Positions 10,018 to 19,087 of a stretch of DNA of 64,000 nucleotides are shown piece after piece. The stretch's first letter is position 1, and each line of letters begins with the position of its first letter. A program made the position numbers and the translations under genes. Under the pieces are notes generated by a model. It was not told the origin of the DNA. It saw nothing but the letters and a program-made list of their open reading frames with translations, and ran no database searches. The stretch is from Patescibacteria group bacterium (lineage in GTDB: Bacteria; Patescibacteriota; Patescibacteriia; JAHJFT01), in assembly GCA_028710985.1 (NCBI GenBank), contig JAQTTB010000001.1, forward strand, positions 359,397 to 423,396, in the 5' to 3' direction.

Positions 10018-10725
10018 ATGTCCGGACACTCCAAGTGGGCAAACATAAAAAACCGAAAACAATCCGAGGACGCCAAAAAGGCCAAGGTTTTCACTAAAAT
10101 CGCGCGCACCATCACGGTCGCGGCGCGCGGCGGCGCCGATACGGCATCGAATTTTCAATTGCGCCTCGCGATTTCGCAGGCGCGCGCGGCCAACATGCCC
10201 CGCGAAAACGTTGACCGCGCCATTGCCCGCGCCACGGGTGAAGGCAAAGAACAGCTCGAAGAAGTGCTCTATGAGGCTTACGGCCCGTTCGGTATCGCGA
10301 TTTTGATTCAGGCATTGACCGATAACCGCAACCGCACGGTTTCCAATCTCAAACATATTTTTTCAAACTACGGCGGTTCGCTCGCCGGCGCCGGATCGGT
10401 AAAATACTTATTTGACCGCAAGGGCGTGGCGCGTGTCGCCTCGCTCGGTTCGGACCGCGAAGCCACGGAGCTCAAGCTCATTGATGGTGGGGCCGAAGAC
10501 ATTGCCGAGGAAGACGGGCTTTTCGTGATATATTCCGCGCCGGACAAACTCAAAAACATTCTCGCCGCGCTCGGCGATCTCGCGGTTGAATATTCGGGCC
10601 TGGAATGGATTGCCAAAGAGCGTATCGCGGTGAGCGACCCGGCGGTCAAGCAAAAACTTGAAGAATTGTATAATTCGCTCGATGAAGACGATGATGTCAA
10701 CGAATGGTACTCCAATGAAGCGTAA
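10018..10725 (+). CDS. yebC: YebC/PmpR family protein
   Basis: MSGHSKWANIK start, YEAYGP and TDNRNRT motifs. Confidence 0.95.
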   Translation: MSGHSKWANIKNRKQSEDAKKAKVFTKIARTITVAARGGADTASNFQLRLAISQARAANMPRENVDRAIARATGEGKEQLEEVLYEAYGPFGIAILIQALTDNRNRTVSNLKHIFSNYGGSLAGAGSVKYLFDRKGVARVASLGSDREATELKLIDGGAEDIAEEDGLFVIYSAPDKLKNILAALGDLAVEYSGLEWIAKERIAVSDPAVKQKLEELYNSLDEDDDVNEWYSNEA

Positions 10726-11203
10726 TTCAAAAATAATCCTGGGCATCGATCCGGGTTTTGCTCGCCTTGGCTGGGCCGTGATTGAGGACAGTGGTAAACT
10801 TGCGGCAATTGATTACGGCTGCATCGAAACATCCTCTCGGGACGAGCATGCCGGCCGGCTTCTAGAAATATCTCAAAGGCTCGATAAAATTATAAAAAAA
10901 TATAAGCCCGATATCGCGGGAATGGAAAAATTATTTTTTTCAAAAAACGTAAAAACCGCAATTCAGGTCGGCGAAGCGCGCGGCGCGATTTTGCTCACCC
11001 TCGCGAGCGCCGGAATTACACCGCTTGAATTCACGCCCGCGCAGATTAAACAGGCCGCCGCCGGATGGGGGAGCGCCGATAAGATTCAGATTCAGCGCAT
11101 GGTGAAAACCATTCTGAATCTCACCGAGATTCCGCGGCCCGATGATGCGGCCGACGCTCTGGCGATCGCGATTTGCGCCGCTACGACCAAGAAATTCAAT
11201 TAA
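10715..11203 (+). CDS. ruvC: Crossover junction endodeoxyribonuclease RuvC
   Basis: ILGIDPG, EKLFFSKN and DDAADALAIA motifs; usual position after yebC. Confidence 0.95.
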   Translation: MKRNSKIILGIDPGFARLGWAVIEDSGKLAAIDYGCIETSSRDEHAGRLLEISQRLDKIIKKYKPDIAGMEKLFFSKNVKTAIQVGEARGAILLTLASAGITPLEFTPAQIKQAAAGWGSADKIQIQRMVKTILNLTEIPRPDDAADALAIAICAATTKKFN

Positions 11204-11208
11204 AAAAT

Positions 11209-12132
11209 ATGAAACCAGAAATCCGCAAAGATTACATCCAGGAAAAATACGTGATTATCGCGCCGCGCCGCGGCAAGCGGCCGCACGAAATCGCGCCGCC
11301 CGAGTGTCTTTCCAGCCAGAAGAAAAAAACATGCGCTTTTTGTTCGCCGCGGATAGAGAAAGAAAAAGCTTTTCAGACGGTTGGCGGCCGGAAATGGAGG
11401 ATTAAAGTTCTGGAAAATAAATTTCCCGCGGTAACGCTCACGAATCCCCGCGCCTACGGCAAACAGGAGATTATCGTCGAAACGCCGGACCACGGACTTG
11501 AGCTTGAGGACTTGAGCGAACGCCAGATTGCCGATATTTTCCGGGTCTATTCCGACCGCACCGAGGCGATTTCCAAGAATAAAAAAATTGAATACATCCT
11601 GATTTTTAAAAATAACGGCGGTATAGCCGGCGCGTCGCTCGCGCACTCCCATTCGCAGATTTTTGCCACGCAATTTTTGCCGCCGCACCTCGGAGACAAA
11701 TGCCAAAAGGTCCAGGACTACAAGCTTCGCCATGGCCGGTGCGTCTTCTGTGACGTGATCCGCAAAGAATCGCGCGGACCGCGCCGCGTCTTCCATGGCC
11801 GGCACGTTGTCGCTTTTGCGCCGTACGCTTCAATGCACAATTACGAAGTCTGGATACTGCCCCGCCGCCACATTGATAACATTTCCGATCTAAACGACAA
11901 GGAGCGCCTTGAATGGGCGCGCGTCCTCAAGAAAATATTGCGCCAGATTTCCAAACTCGGCTTACCATATAATTTTTATTTTCATCAGGTTGTCTACGAC
12001 GAGGACCAGCATCTTTACATGAAGATTACGCCGCGGGGGAGCGTCTGGGCCGGCGTGGAAATCGGCTCCGGGCTCATCATCAATCCGGTCGCGCCTGAAG
12101 AAGCGGCTAAATTCTACCGAAAAGCATTCTAA
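11209..12132 (+). CDS. galT: Galactose-1-phosphate uridylyltransferase (GalT-like HIT family)
   Basis: IAPRRGKRP, CAFC, NKFPA and GASLAHSHSQ (HxHxQ) motifs. Confidence 0.85.
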   Translation: MKPEIRKDYIQEKYVIIAPRRGKRPHEIAPPECLSSQKKKTCAFCSPRIEKEKAFQTVGGRKWRIKVLENKFPAVTLTNPRAYGKQEIIVETPDHGLELEDLSERQIADIFRVYSDRTEAISKNKKIEYILIFKNNGGIAGASLAHSHSQIFATQFLPPHLGDKCQKVQDYKLRHGRCVFCDVIRKESRGPRRVFHGRHVVAFAPYASMHNYEVWILPRRHIDNISDLNDKERLEWARVLKKILRQISKLGLPYNFYFHQVVYDEDQHLYMKITPRGSVWAGVEIGSGLIINPVAPEEAAKFYRKAF

Positions 12133-12141
12133 AATCAATTG

Positions 12142-12172
12142 AAAAATCCTCCCGTTCGCGGGGGGATTTTTT
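12142..12172. terminator. Bidirectional intrinsic terminator
   Basis: AAAAATCCTCCCG...GGGGGATTTTTT between convergent genes. Confidence 0.7.
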
Positions 12173-12207
12173 GATATAGCGTAAACTGGATCGCCTCTGA
12201 TTAGGGT

Positions 12208-12897
12208 TTATTTTATAAGCAGTTTCGCGTACCTTCTCACTTCTCGCTTCCATGAATTCGAATCCGTGGTATCAATTTCAGCAAAAATCGGGAATGGAAA
12301 CTTTTTAATAATCCACTTACCGCCCTCTTGATTAACCCAACGATAATGATGGGGAGTGCGGCGCCACATCTCGCGAATCTTCACGGCAGCGCCCTTCGAT
12401 TGTTCGCTTCCTTGCCACCTGGACTTCGCGCCGCCAAAGAAGTCGTCAGCACTATCGTGGTAGGTTGCGGTAATTACGCGTCCAACTATGACATCAATGT
12501 CGCAATGAGTACGAACGAAAACAAGGCGAACGCCTGCTTTTTGCGCTTTTTCGCGAGCACTGGCGCGATTCTTCGCATCCACGAAGTCCGAATCGAGGAT
12601 AACATTACCGCCTCGTTTTAAAACTTCAAGCGCGGCATTTTCACCGATAGCACGGACTCGCTCATAGCATTCGTTTTGTTTGCGAAGTTCAATACGAATG
12701 TCGTCGCCCTTGATAATCGTCGCACCGATGTGCTTGGCAAGTTCTTGCGCCACCGTGCTCTTGCCAGAACCGACGAGGCCGATAATGGCCACGATGGTCG
12801 GCTTTTTAGACTTGCGTTTCTTGACGCTAAGCATTGACAAGAAAGATTCTTGGGCGCGTTGCTCTCTTTGTGTAAATTTTTTGTGTTCGTGAACCAT
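12208..12897 (-). CDS. P-loop kinase / AAA_33-like ATP-binding protein
   Basis: Walker A GLVGSGKST, then DDIR and VILD, typical of nucleotide-kinase-like proteins. Confidence 0.75.
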   Translation of the reverse strand: MVHEHKKFTQREQRAQESFLSMLSVKKRKSKKPTIVAIIGLVGSGKSTVAQELAKHIGATIIKGDDIRIELRKQNECYERVRAIGENAALEVLKRGGNVILDSDFVDAKNRASAREKAQKAGVRLVFVRTHCDIDVIVGRVITATYHDSADDFFGGAKSRWQGSEQSKGAAVKIREMWRRTPHHYRWVNQEGGKWIIKKFPFPIFAEIDTTDSNSWKREVRRYAKLLIK

Positions 12898-12964
12898 ACT
12901 GTAAATCTTAAGTAAAATATTTGAGTTGTCGATTTTAATTTGGAGCCCGCCAAAGGCGGACAAA

Positions 12965-13277
12965 AGCGGGCGACCGGAATCCCTGCCTTCGCCCCTCGAT
13001 AAGCTCGGGGCTACGGCAGGCAGGAAACCGGCATTCTATTTCGAGGATCCCGATCGGGTTGTTTAAAAAATTATCAGCGGGCGACCGGAATCGAACCGGC
13101 ATCTTCAGCTTGGAAGGCTAACATAATAGCCATTATACGACGCCCGCTGATAATTTTTTAAGGACTCTTACGGGCGGGATCCTCGAAAATTCAACCTCGC
13201 TTCGCTTCGGGAATTTTCGGGAGAAGGCTAACGTAATAGCCATTATACCTGCCTGCCGGCAGGCAGGCGACACTCGC
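12965..13277 (-). pseudogene. Degenerate outer tRNA-Gly copy broken by palindromic insertions and enclosing the intact tRNA-Gly
   Basis: Collinear fragments agcgggcgaccggaatc (12965), aaccggcat (~13026), gaaggctaacgtaatagccattata (~13223) and cgacactcgc (13268-13277) match the intact gene in order. Confidence 0.8.
13076..13147 (-). tRNA. tRNA-Gly(TCC)
   Basis: GCGGGCGTCGTATAATGG...TTAGC-CTTCCAA-GCTGA...GGTTCGATTCCGGTCGCCCGC-T cloverleaf; CCA not encoded. Confidence 0.95.
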
Positions 13278-13279
13278 GA

Positions 13280-14269
13280 TTAAAATGCTGATCCAATAAT
13301 GCGATTAAGGATTTGCTTATATGATAATCCCTCATTGATTAACAGTCGTGGGAACATCGAAATGTCTGTAAAACCTGGAAGCGTGTTAATTTCATTTATA
13401 TAAACACGATTGTTATTTATAAAAAAATCGATTCGCGCAAAGCCGCGGCAGTCGCAAAGCCGATAAGCGCGTGAGGCGTAATTTAGAATTATGGAGGCTT
13501 GAGAGGTAGTCAATTTTGCTGGAATATTAATTTGCGTTTTATTGAGTTTATATTTGTCATCAAAATCGTAAAATTCATTTACCGGCACTATTTCGCCGGG
13601 TTTAGAAATCAGCGGGTCATGATTGCCTATAACCGCTACTTCAATTTCTTGCGGATTTTTAAGCCCCTGCTCAATCAATATTTTCTGATCATGCCGTCGG
13701 GCTTTGTTTATCGCCGCTGGCAGTTGAGAAAAACTATTAACTCTCGAAATTCCGATTGAAGATCCGGAGTTTGAAGGTTTTACAAAAATTGGCAAGTTAA
13801 AGGTTTTTTTAATTTTTTTTAATTTAATATCAATTTCTTTTTTTGAAAGAGTAGAATAATCAATTGATGCGAATCTGACTTGAGGGATACGATTATATTT
13901 AATAAAATTTTTAAAAAAAGATTTATCCATGCAAAGAGCCGAAGACAGAACGCGGCAGCCGCAATATTTGATGCCGCAATTTTCGAGCATGGCCTGCAAT
14001 ATCCCATCCTCGCCAAAACGGCCATGCGTTATGGGAAATGCAATATCAATAATTTTTTTAAAATCTTTTAATTCAATTTTTTTCAAACCAAGACGTGAAA
14101 GGTTATTGAAATTTTTTACAATATTGAATTCTCCATTTTTCCGCCAATACATTAACACCAGTGAGTATTTTTTAAAATCAAAGTTCTCGGCAATATTCTT
14201 CGCGGAAATTATGGATATATCCGATTCATTCCCCGGACCGCCAAGGATTAAACCTATTCTTTTTTTCAT
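13280..14269 (-). CDS. ddl: D-alanine--D-alanine ligase
   Basis: HGRFGEDG, CMDK, FVKPSNSGSSIG, FYDFDDKY and EINTLPG motifs. Confidence 0.93.
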   Translation of the reverse strand: MKKRIGLILGGPGNESDISIISAKNIAENFDFKKYSLVLMYWRKNGEFNIVKNFNNLSRLGLKKIELKDFKKIIDIAFPITHGRFGEDGILQAMLENCGIKYCGCRVLSSALCMDKSFFKNFIKYNRIPQVRFASIDYSTLSKKEIDIKLKKIKKTFNLPIFVKPSNSGSSIGISRVNSFSQLPAAINKARRHDQKILIEQGLKNPQEIEVAVIGNHDPLISKPGEIVPVNEFYDFDDKYKLNKTQINIPAKLTTSQASIILNYASRAYRLCDCRGFARIDFFINNNRVYINEINTLPGFTDISMFPRLLINEGLSYKQILNRIIGSAF

Positions 14270-14277
14270 ATAAACTT

Positions 14278-14338
14278 TGGTCGGGGATGAGAGACTCGAA
14301 CTCTCGACCTTCCCGACCCAACGTCGGGACGCGCTACG
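14278..14338 (-). pseudogene. Partial third tRNA-Pro copy; anticodon arm replaced by a TCCCGAC/GTCGGGA hairpin
   Basis: 33 nt identical to the 3' end of the inner tRNA-Pro, then tcccgacccaacgtcggga, then cgcgctac (D-arm remnant). Confidence 0.75.
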
Positions 14339-14354
14339 AATTATTTATTACAGA

Positions 14355-14544
14355 TGGTCGGGGCGGTGAGATTTGAACTCACGATCTCATGCTCCCCCGC
14401 CTGCCGTCGCCTTGGTCGGGGATGAGAGACTCGAACTCTCGACCTCCTGCTCCCAAAGCAGGCGCGCTACCAACTGCGCTAATCCCCGGCTCAGGCCATG
14501 GCGGGCAGGCAAAGCATGCGCCTTAGCCGCTAGGCCACGCCCCG
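14355..14544 (-). tRNA. Split outer tRNA-Pro(TGG): 5' half 14510-14544 and 3' half 14355-14395, separated by a 114-nt insertion in the anticodon
   Basis: Joining the halves gives a canonical 76-nt CGGGGCGTGGCCTAGCGGCTAAGGCGCATGCTTTGGGAGCATGAGATCGTGAGTTCAAATCTCACCGCCCCGACCA. Whether it is functional is unknown. Confidence 0.8.
14413..14488 (-). tRNA. tRNA-Pro(TGG), intact, nested inside the split tRNA-Pro
   Basis: CGGGGATTAGCGCAGTTGGTAGCGCGCCTGCTTTGGGAGCAGGAGGTCGAGAGTTCGAGTCTCTCATCCCCGACCA, 76 nt. Confidence 0.95.
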
Positions 14545-14675
14545 GATAAATTTATTCTAATAATAGCAGAAATCACTAAATAAATCAAGATGCCCGGCTG
14601 GATTTTTTTGCTAAGATAAGCCATTTTAAAACCGTTCCGACAATTTGCCGGAACGGTTTTTTGAAAATCCGTAAA

Positions 14676-14747
14676 TGCCTGGGGACAGAATTGAACTGTC
14701 GACACGTGGATTTTCAGTCCACTGCTCTACCACTGAGCTACCCAGGC
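14676..14747 (-). tRNA. tRNA-Phe(GAA)
   Basis: GCCTGGGTAGCTCAGTGGTAGAGCAGTGGACTGAAAATCCAC...GTTCAATTCTGTCCCCAGGCA. Confidence 0.95.
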
Positions 14748-14767
14748 CCAGGGCTTTATAAAATTGA

Positions 14768-14844
14768 TGGTGGGCGCACGTGGACTCGAACCACGGACCT
14801 CGTCATTATCAGTGACGCGCTCTAACCAGCTGAGCTATGCGCCC
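14768..14844 (-). tRNA. tRNA-Ile(GAT)
   Basis: GGGCGCATAGCTCAGCTGGTTAGAGCGCGTCACTGATAATGACG...GTTCGAGTCCACGTGCGCCCACCA. Confidence 0.95.
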
Positions 14845-15092
14845 AATATGTCATGGCTGATTCTTGCTTGTAAAAAGCGCCTCCCAAATCCGGTCTTAAA
14901 ATATTTTTCTCGCTTAAGGGCAAGTTCTTTGCTCAGGCAGGCTTCATAATATACCAGTTTCAATGGACGGCGTATTCGCGTTGAGTCCACTTTGCCCAAC
15001 GCATGCTCTTGGCAGCGTTTTTTTAAATCATCCGTAAAACCGATATAAAATTTCTTATCTTTTAAACTTAATAAAACGTAGGTAAAAAACAT
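14835..15092 (-). CDS. Small GIY-YIG nuclease (YhbQ/UPF0213-like)
   Basis: TYVL...FYIGFT.DLKKR...H, YYEA, ALKREKYFK motifs; the stop codon lies inside the 5' end of tRNA-Ile. Confidence 0.88.
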   Translation of the reverse strand: MFFTYVLLSLKDKKFYIGFTDDLKKRCQEHALGKVDSTRIRRPLKLVYYEACLSKELALKREKYFKTGFGRRFLQARISHDILGA

Positions 15093-15107
15093 TATTCGCG
15101 AGTCCTC

Positions 15108-15488
15108 CTATGCACCCTTGGTTTCCAGGGTGACATTGATATTGGATGGATTGAATTTGTCCTGTATGTATTCTTTGATTTTATTCGGAGTATCCGAGCT
15201 GCCGCAGGTCAGAATGTCGATTGAGCAGTAGCCGTATTCTGGCCAGGTATAAATCGCGGCGTGGGATTCTTCCAGTATCGCGACTGCCGAGACCCCCTGG
15301 TGTTTAGTCAGCTCGCCGTTGAAAATTTTGTGATGGTAGTCAACAAAATTTACCAAATGTAAGCCGGCTTTGCTTATGGCAGATGTCAGAGTTTCTTTGA
15401 TTAGATTTCGGTCATTGAGCAATTGTTCGTTGACCCCATAGAACTCGGCGTAAAGATGATAGAGCCGAGGCGTATAGAGTTGTTCCAT
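15108..15488 (-). CDS. speD: S-adenosylmethionine decarboxylase family proenzyme (pyruvoyl-dependent)
   Basis: QGVSAVAILEESH self-cleavage site, TWPEYGY and DILTCG motifs. Confidence 0.8.
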   Translation of the reverse strand: MEQLYTPRLYHLYAEFYGVNEQLLNDRNLIKETLTSAISKAGLHLVNFVDYHHKIFNGELTKHQGVSAVAILEESHAAIYTWPEYGYCSIDILTCGSSDTPNKIKEYIQDKFNPSNINVTLETKGA

Positions 15489-15674
15489 TTCTTTATCCTC
15501 AATATTGGCGCGGCGGAAAGGCCCGTCAATATAAAAAAGACTATAAATTATGTAGCTACAGTATATTAATTTTCTGTAAGGATCGCAAGAGACTTTGTCC
15601 CTGTGGATACATAATTTAAAGCCTTCTCAACTTAGAAAGTGATAGGATTTCCTTCTTTGGGATATTTACTCCCT

Positions 15675-17172
<1,498 letters not shown>

Positions 17173-17328
17173 TAATGTTGTTACTTTGAGCTTACGGGGA
17201 AATTCTCGTTGGGCTCAAAGTGATGATATTTTGTTGTGATGTGAATCTGCCGTCAGGCAGATTCGAGGAATCCTATCACTTTCTAAATTGGAAAAGAGCT
17301 AAACTTAGCTTTTTTTAATTGCTCCAAT

Positions 17329-17357
17329 ATGATATACCAAGCGCAATTGTATGTCAA
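17329..17357 (-). promoter_or_regulatory. 16S rRNA promoter
   Basis: TTGACA-17 nt-TATCAT, followed by a boxA-like GCTCTTT. Confidence 0.65.
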
Positions 17358-17475
17358 GAGCTTAAAATGGTCAAGTCCAAGGCGTATTTTAGCCAAAAAA
17401 TGGTATGGGTCGCATATATGCGAGCCATGCAAAAAAAGTCCTCCGCGGGGCGGAGGACAGGGGGAGGGCGGAAGG

Positions 17476-17958
17476 TCAGATGAAGCGCGCTCCGAGTCCC
17501 GAGATGAGCCGAGTGCAGAACACCCTGAGTTCCGAGGGCGACTTGCGTTTCGCGCAGTCAATCTCGTAGGCTGAGAGGGCGCTGGCGTAGGCAGTTGGAC
17601 TGACGCGGTGGCTCGTGACGAGCTTCGCCGCCTGCGATGGCAGTCCGCCGTCAATCGCTGAAGCGATGGCGCGTTCGGCCCACTGATCCACGATCGATCC
17701 GAACTGCCAGCGATCGCCGAGCGCAACGAGGCGTCCCCAGTCTCCCGTTTTCTCGAGAACCCGGATATTCATTAGCAGAATATTGGTGAGTCCCAGAATA
17801 TTCCACCAGGTCATTTCATAGCGGTTGCGGTCGATGCCGAGGTGAAAGAGAAAGCGCTTGAACTCGAACCCGTTCGTCGGATGGCGCGTCCGCCACTTGA
17901 TCGCCTCTTGCTTGAAACCCTCGGTGTTTATTTCGCCTGTGAATTCTTCGCTCATCAC
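17476..17958 (-). CDS. Hypothetical protein (160 aa)
   Basis: AAGGAGGA SD, its own TTGACA-17-TATACT promoter (~18006-18034) and a terminator (GTCCTCCGC/GCGGAGGAC-T7, ~17431-17458). Confidence 0.7.
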   Translation of the reverse strand: MMSEEFTGEINTEGFKQEAIKWRTRHPTNGFEFKRFLFHLGIDRNRYEMTWWNILGLTNILLMNIRVLEKTGDWGRLVALGDRWQFGSIVDQWAERAIASAIDGGLPSQAAKLVTSHRVSPTAYASALSAYEIDCAKRKSPSELRVFCTRLISGLGARFI

Positions 17959-18070
17959 TCCTCCTTGCGAAATGTTTCCCCCCGAAAAGAACCAAGATGC
18001 CGAATAGTATAATATAATATTTTATTATTGTCAATGGAAAAATAAAACAGCCGCATTTGGCTGTTTTTCC

Positions 18071-18186
18071 GCATGAGCCGTGAATCATCTGTACCATCGG
18101 AATTACTTGTTCATCCAATACCGATAATTATTAATTCGCGTCTCATGTGGAGGCACGATCAAGCGATCATGCCAGTGGGAAGGAGC
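18071..18186 (-). other. Two-hairpin element, copy C (long second hairpin), followed by the array terminator (~18040-18068)
   Basis: GGCATGATC/GATCGTGCC, TCCAC linker, ATGAGACGCGAAT...ATTCACGGCTCAT. Confidence 0.7.
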
Positions 18187-18212
18187 TTGGGGTTGAGGTG
18201 GCGGGGAATGTC

Positions 18213-18653
18213 CTAGATATCGGAGACATCGACGAGCATGTCTTCGGACATGTCTTTGATGTGCATCTCTTTTTGCCAGTCCCTGTATGTGTCCTCCAGA
18301 ATGGACGTGTCACGGCCAGCAGAACGCAGGTACTCTTCGTATGCCAGGCACTCTTCGATCTTGTCCTTGTCCTCGTGGGGCTCCATGCTCTCGCACCACT
18401 CGTAGAAATCCTCATCCCCCTCGTCGCTCATCTGTTCCAGGGCCACGCGGCCAGTCATCTTGAGTTCCACGCGCGCGGACTGACGGTCGGCGCGGAAGTA
18501 GCGGTTTCGAATCGCGTGTAACTTTTTCCGCCCGGCGTTGCTCTTCTCTTCAGTGAAGAGATAGTTTCTCCGCTTCCACTCAGCGAAGAGATGGTCTATC
18601 TGCTTCCGCCGATTGCTGAGACGGTGTGGGCATCTTCTGACTTCGATATCCAT
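18213..18653 (-). CDS. Hypothetical protein (basic N-terminal half, acidic C-terminal half)
   Basis: GAGGAGG SD before the ATG at 18653 (MDIEVRRC...). Confidence 0.7.
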   Translation of the reverse strand: MDIEVRRCPHRLSNRRKQIDHLFAEWKRRNYLFTEEKSNAGRKKLHAIRNRYFRADRQSARVELKMTGRVALEQMSDEGDEDFYEWCESMEPHEDKDKIEECLAYEEYLRSAGRDTSILEDTYRDWQKEMHIKDMSEDMLVDVSDI

Positions 18654-18737
18654 GTTGTCCTCCTCGATACTTGCATTGGAGCGCAATCAAGCAATCCTAG
18701 CACGAATTGCCAAATTGCACAAGGGCGCCGGGTTCGG

Positions 18738-18974
18738 TCAGGCTTCGGGCCTTGGCCGGCTCGCCAGGGCGATGCCGATGGAAATCGGCCAGAGCAGGGT
18801 GAACAGCATGGCCGCGCCCAGGCTCTTGAAGAACAGGTTGTCCTTCTTCGGCCGGTTCGGGAGATCGCGCAGCCGGATGCCGCCGACCTTGAGCTCCAGG
18901 CCGATGATGACCATGGCGCCGATCGTGTACCAGACCGAAAAGATCAGGATGGCAACGTAGATTACGAGCTCCAT
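18738..18974 (-). CDS. Small membrane protein (2 transmembrane helices)
   Basis: AAGGAGG SD; two hydrophobic segments. Confidence 0.7.
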   Translation of the reverse strand: MELVIYVAILIFSVWYTIGAMVIIGLELKVGGIRLRDLPNRPKKDNLFFKSLGAAMLFTLLWPISIGIALASRPRPEA

Positions 18975-18998
18975 GAAATCCTCCTTGTTATTATGTCC

Positions 18999-19087
18999 GC
19001 ATCAGCCGCCGATTTGCATCAGCGTCTCATGTGGAGGCATGACGTAAGAATGTCATGCCAGTTAGGTGGGTAGGAAAGAGCGGATTG
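18999..19087 (-). other. Two-hairpin element, copy B
   Basis: Begins immediately after TGA: CAATCCGCTCTTTCC..., GGCATGAC/GTCATGCC, TCCAC linker, ATGAGACGCTGAT/ATCGGCGGCTGAT. Confidence 0.7.

Noticed and set aside
13280-14269. Vancomycin-resistance ligase, given a VanW-family gene elsewhere
   Set aside because: The omega loop FYDFDDKY is the D-Ala-D-Ala type, no vanH/vanX is present, and VanW domains are widespread.
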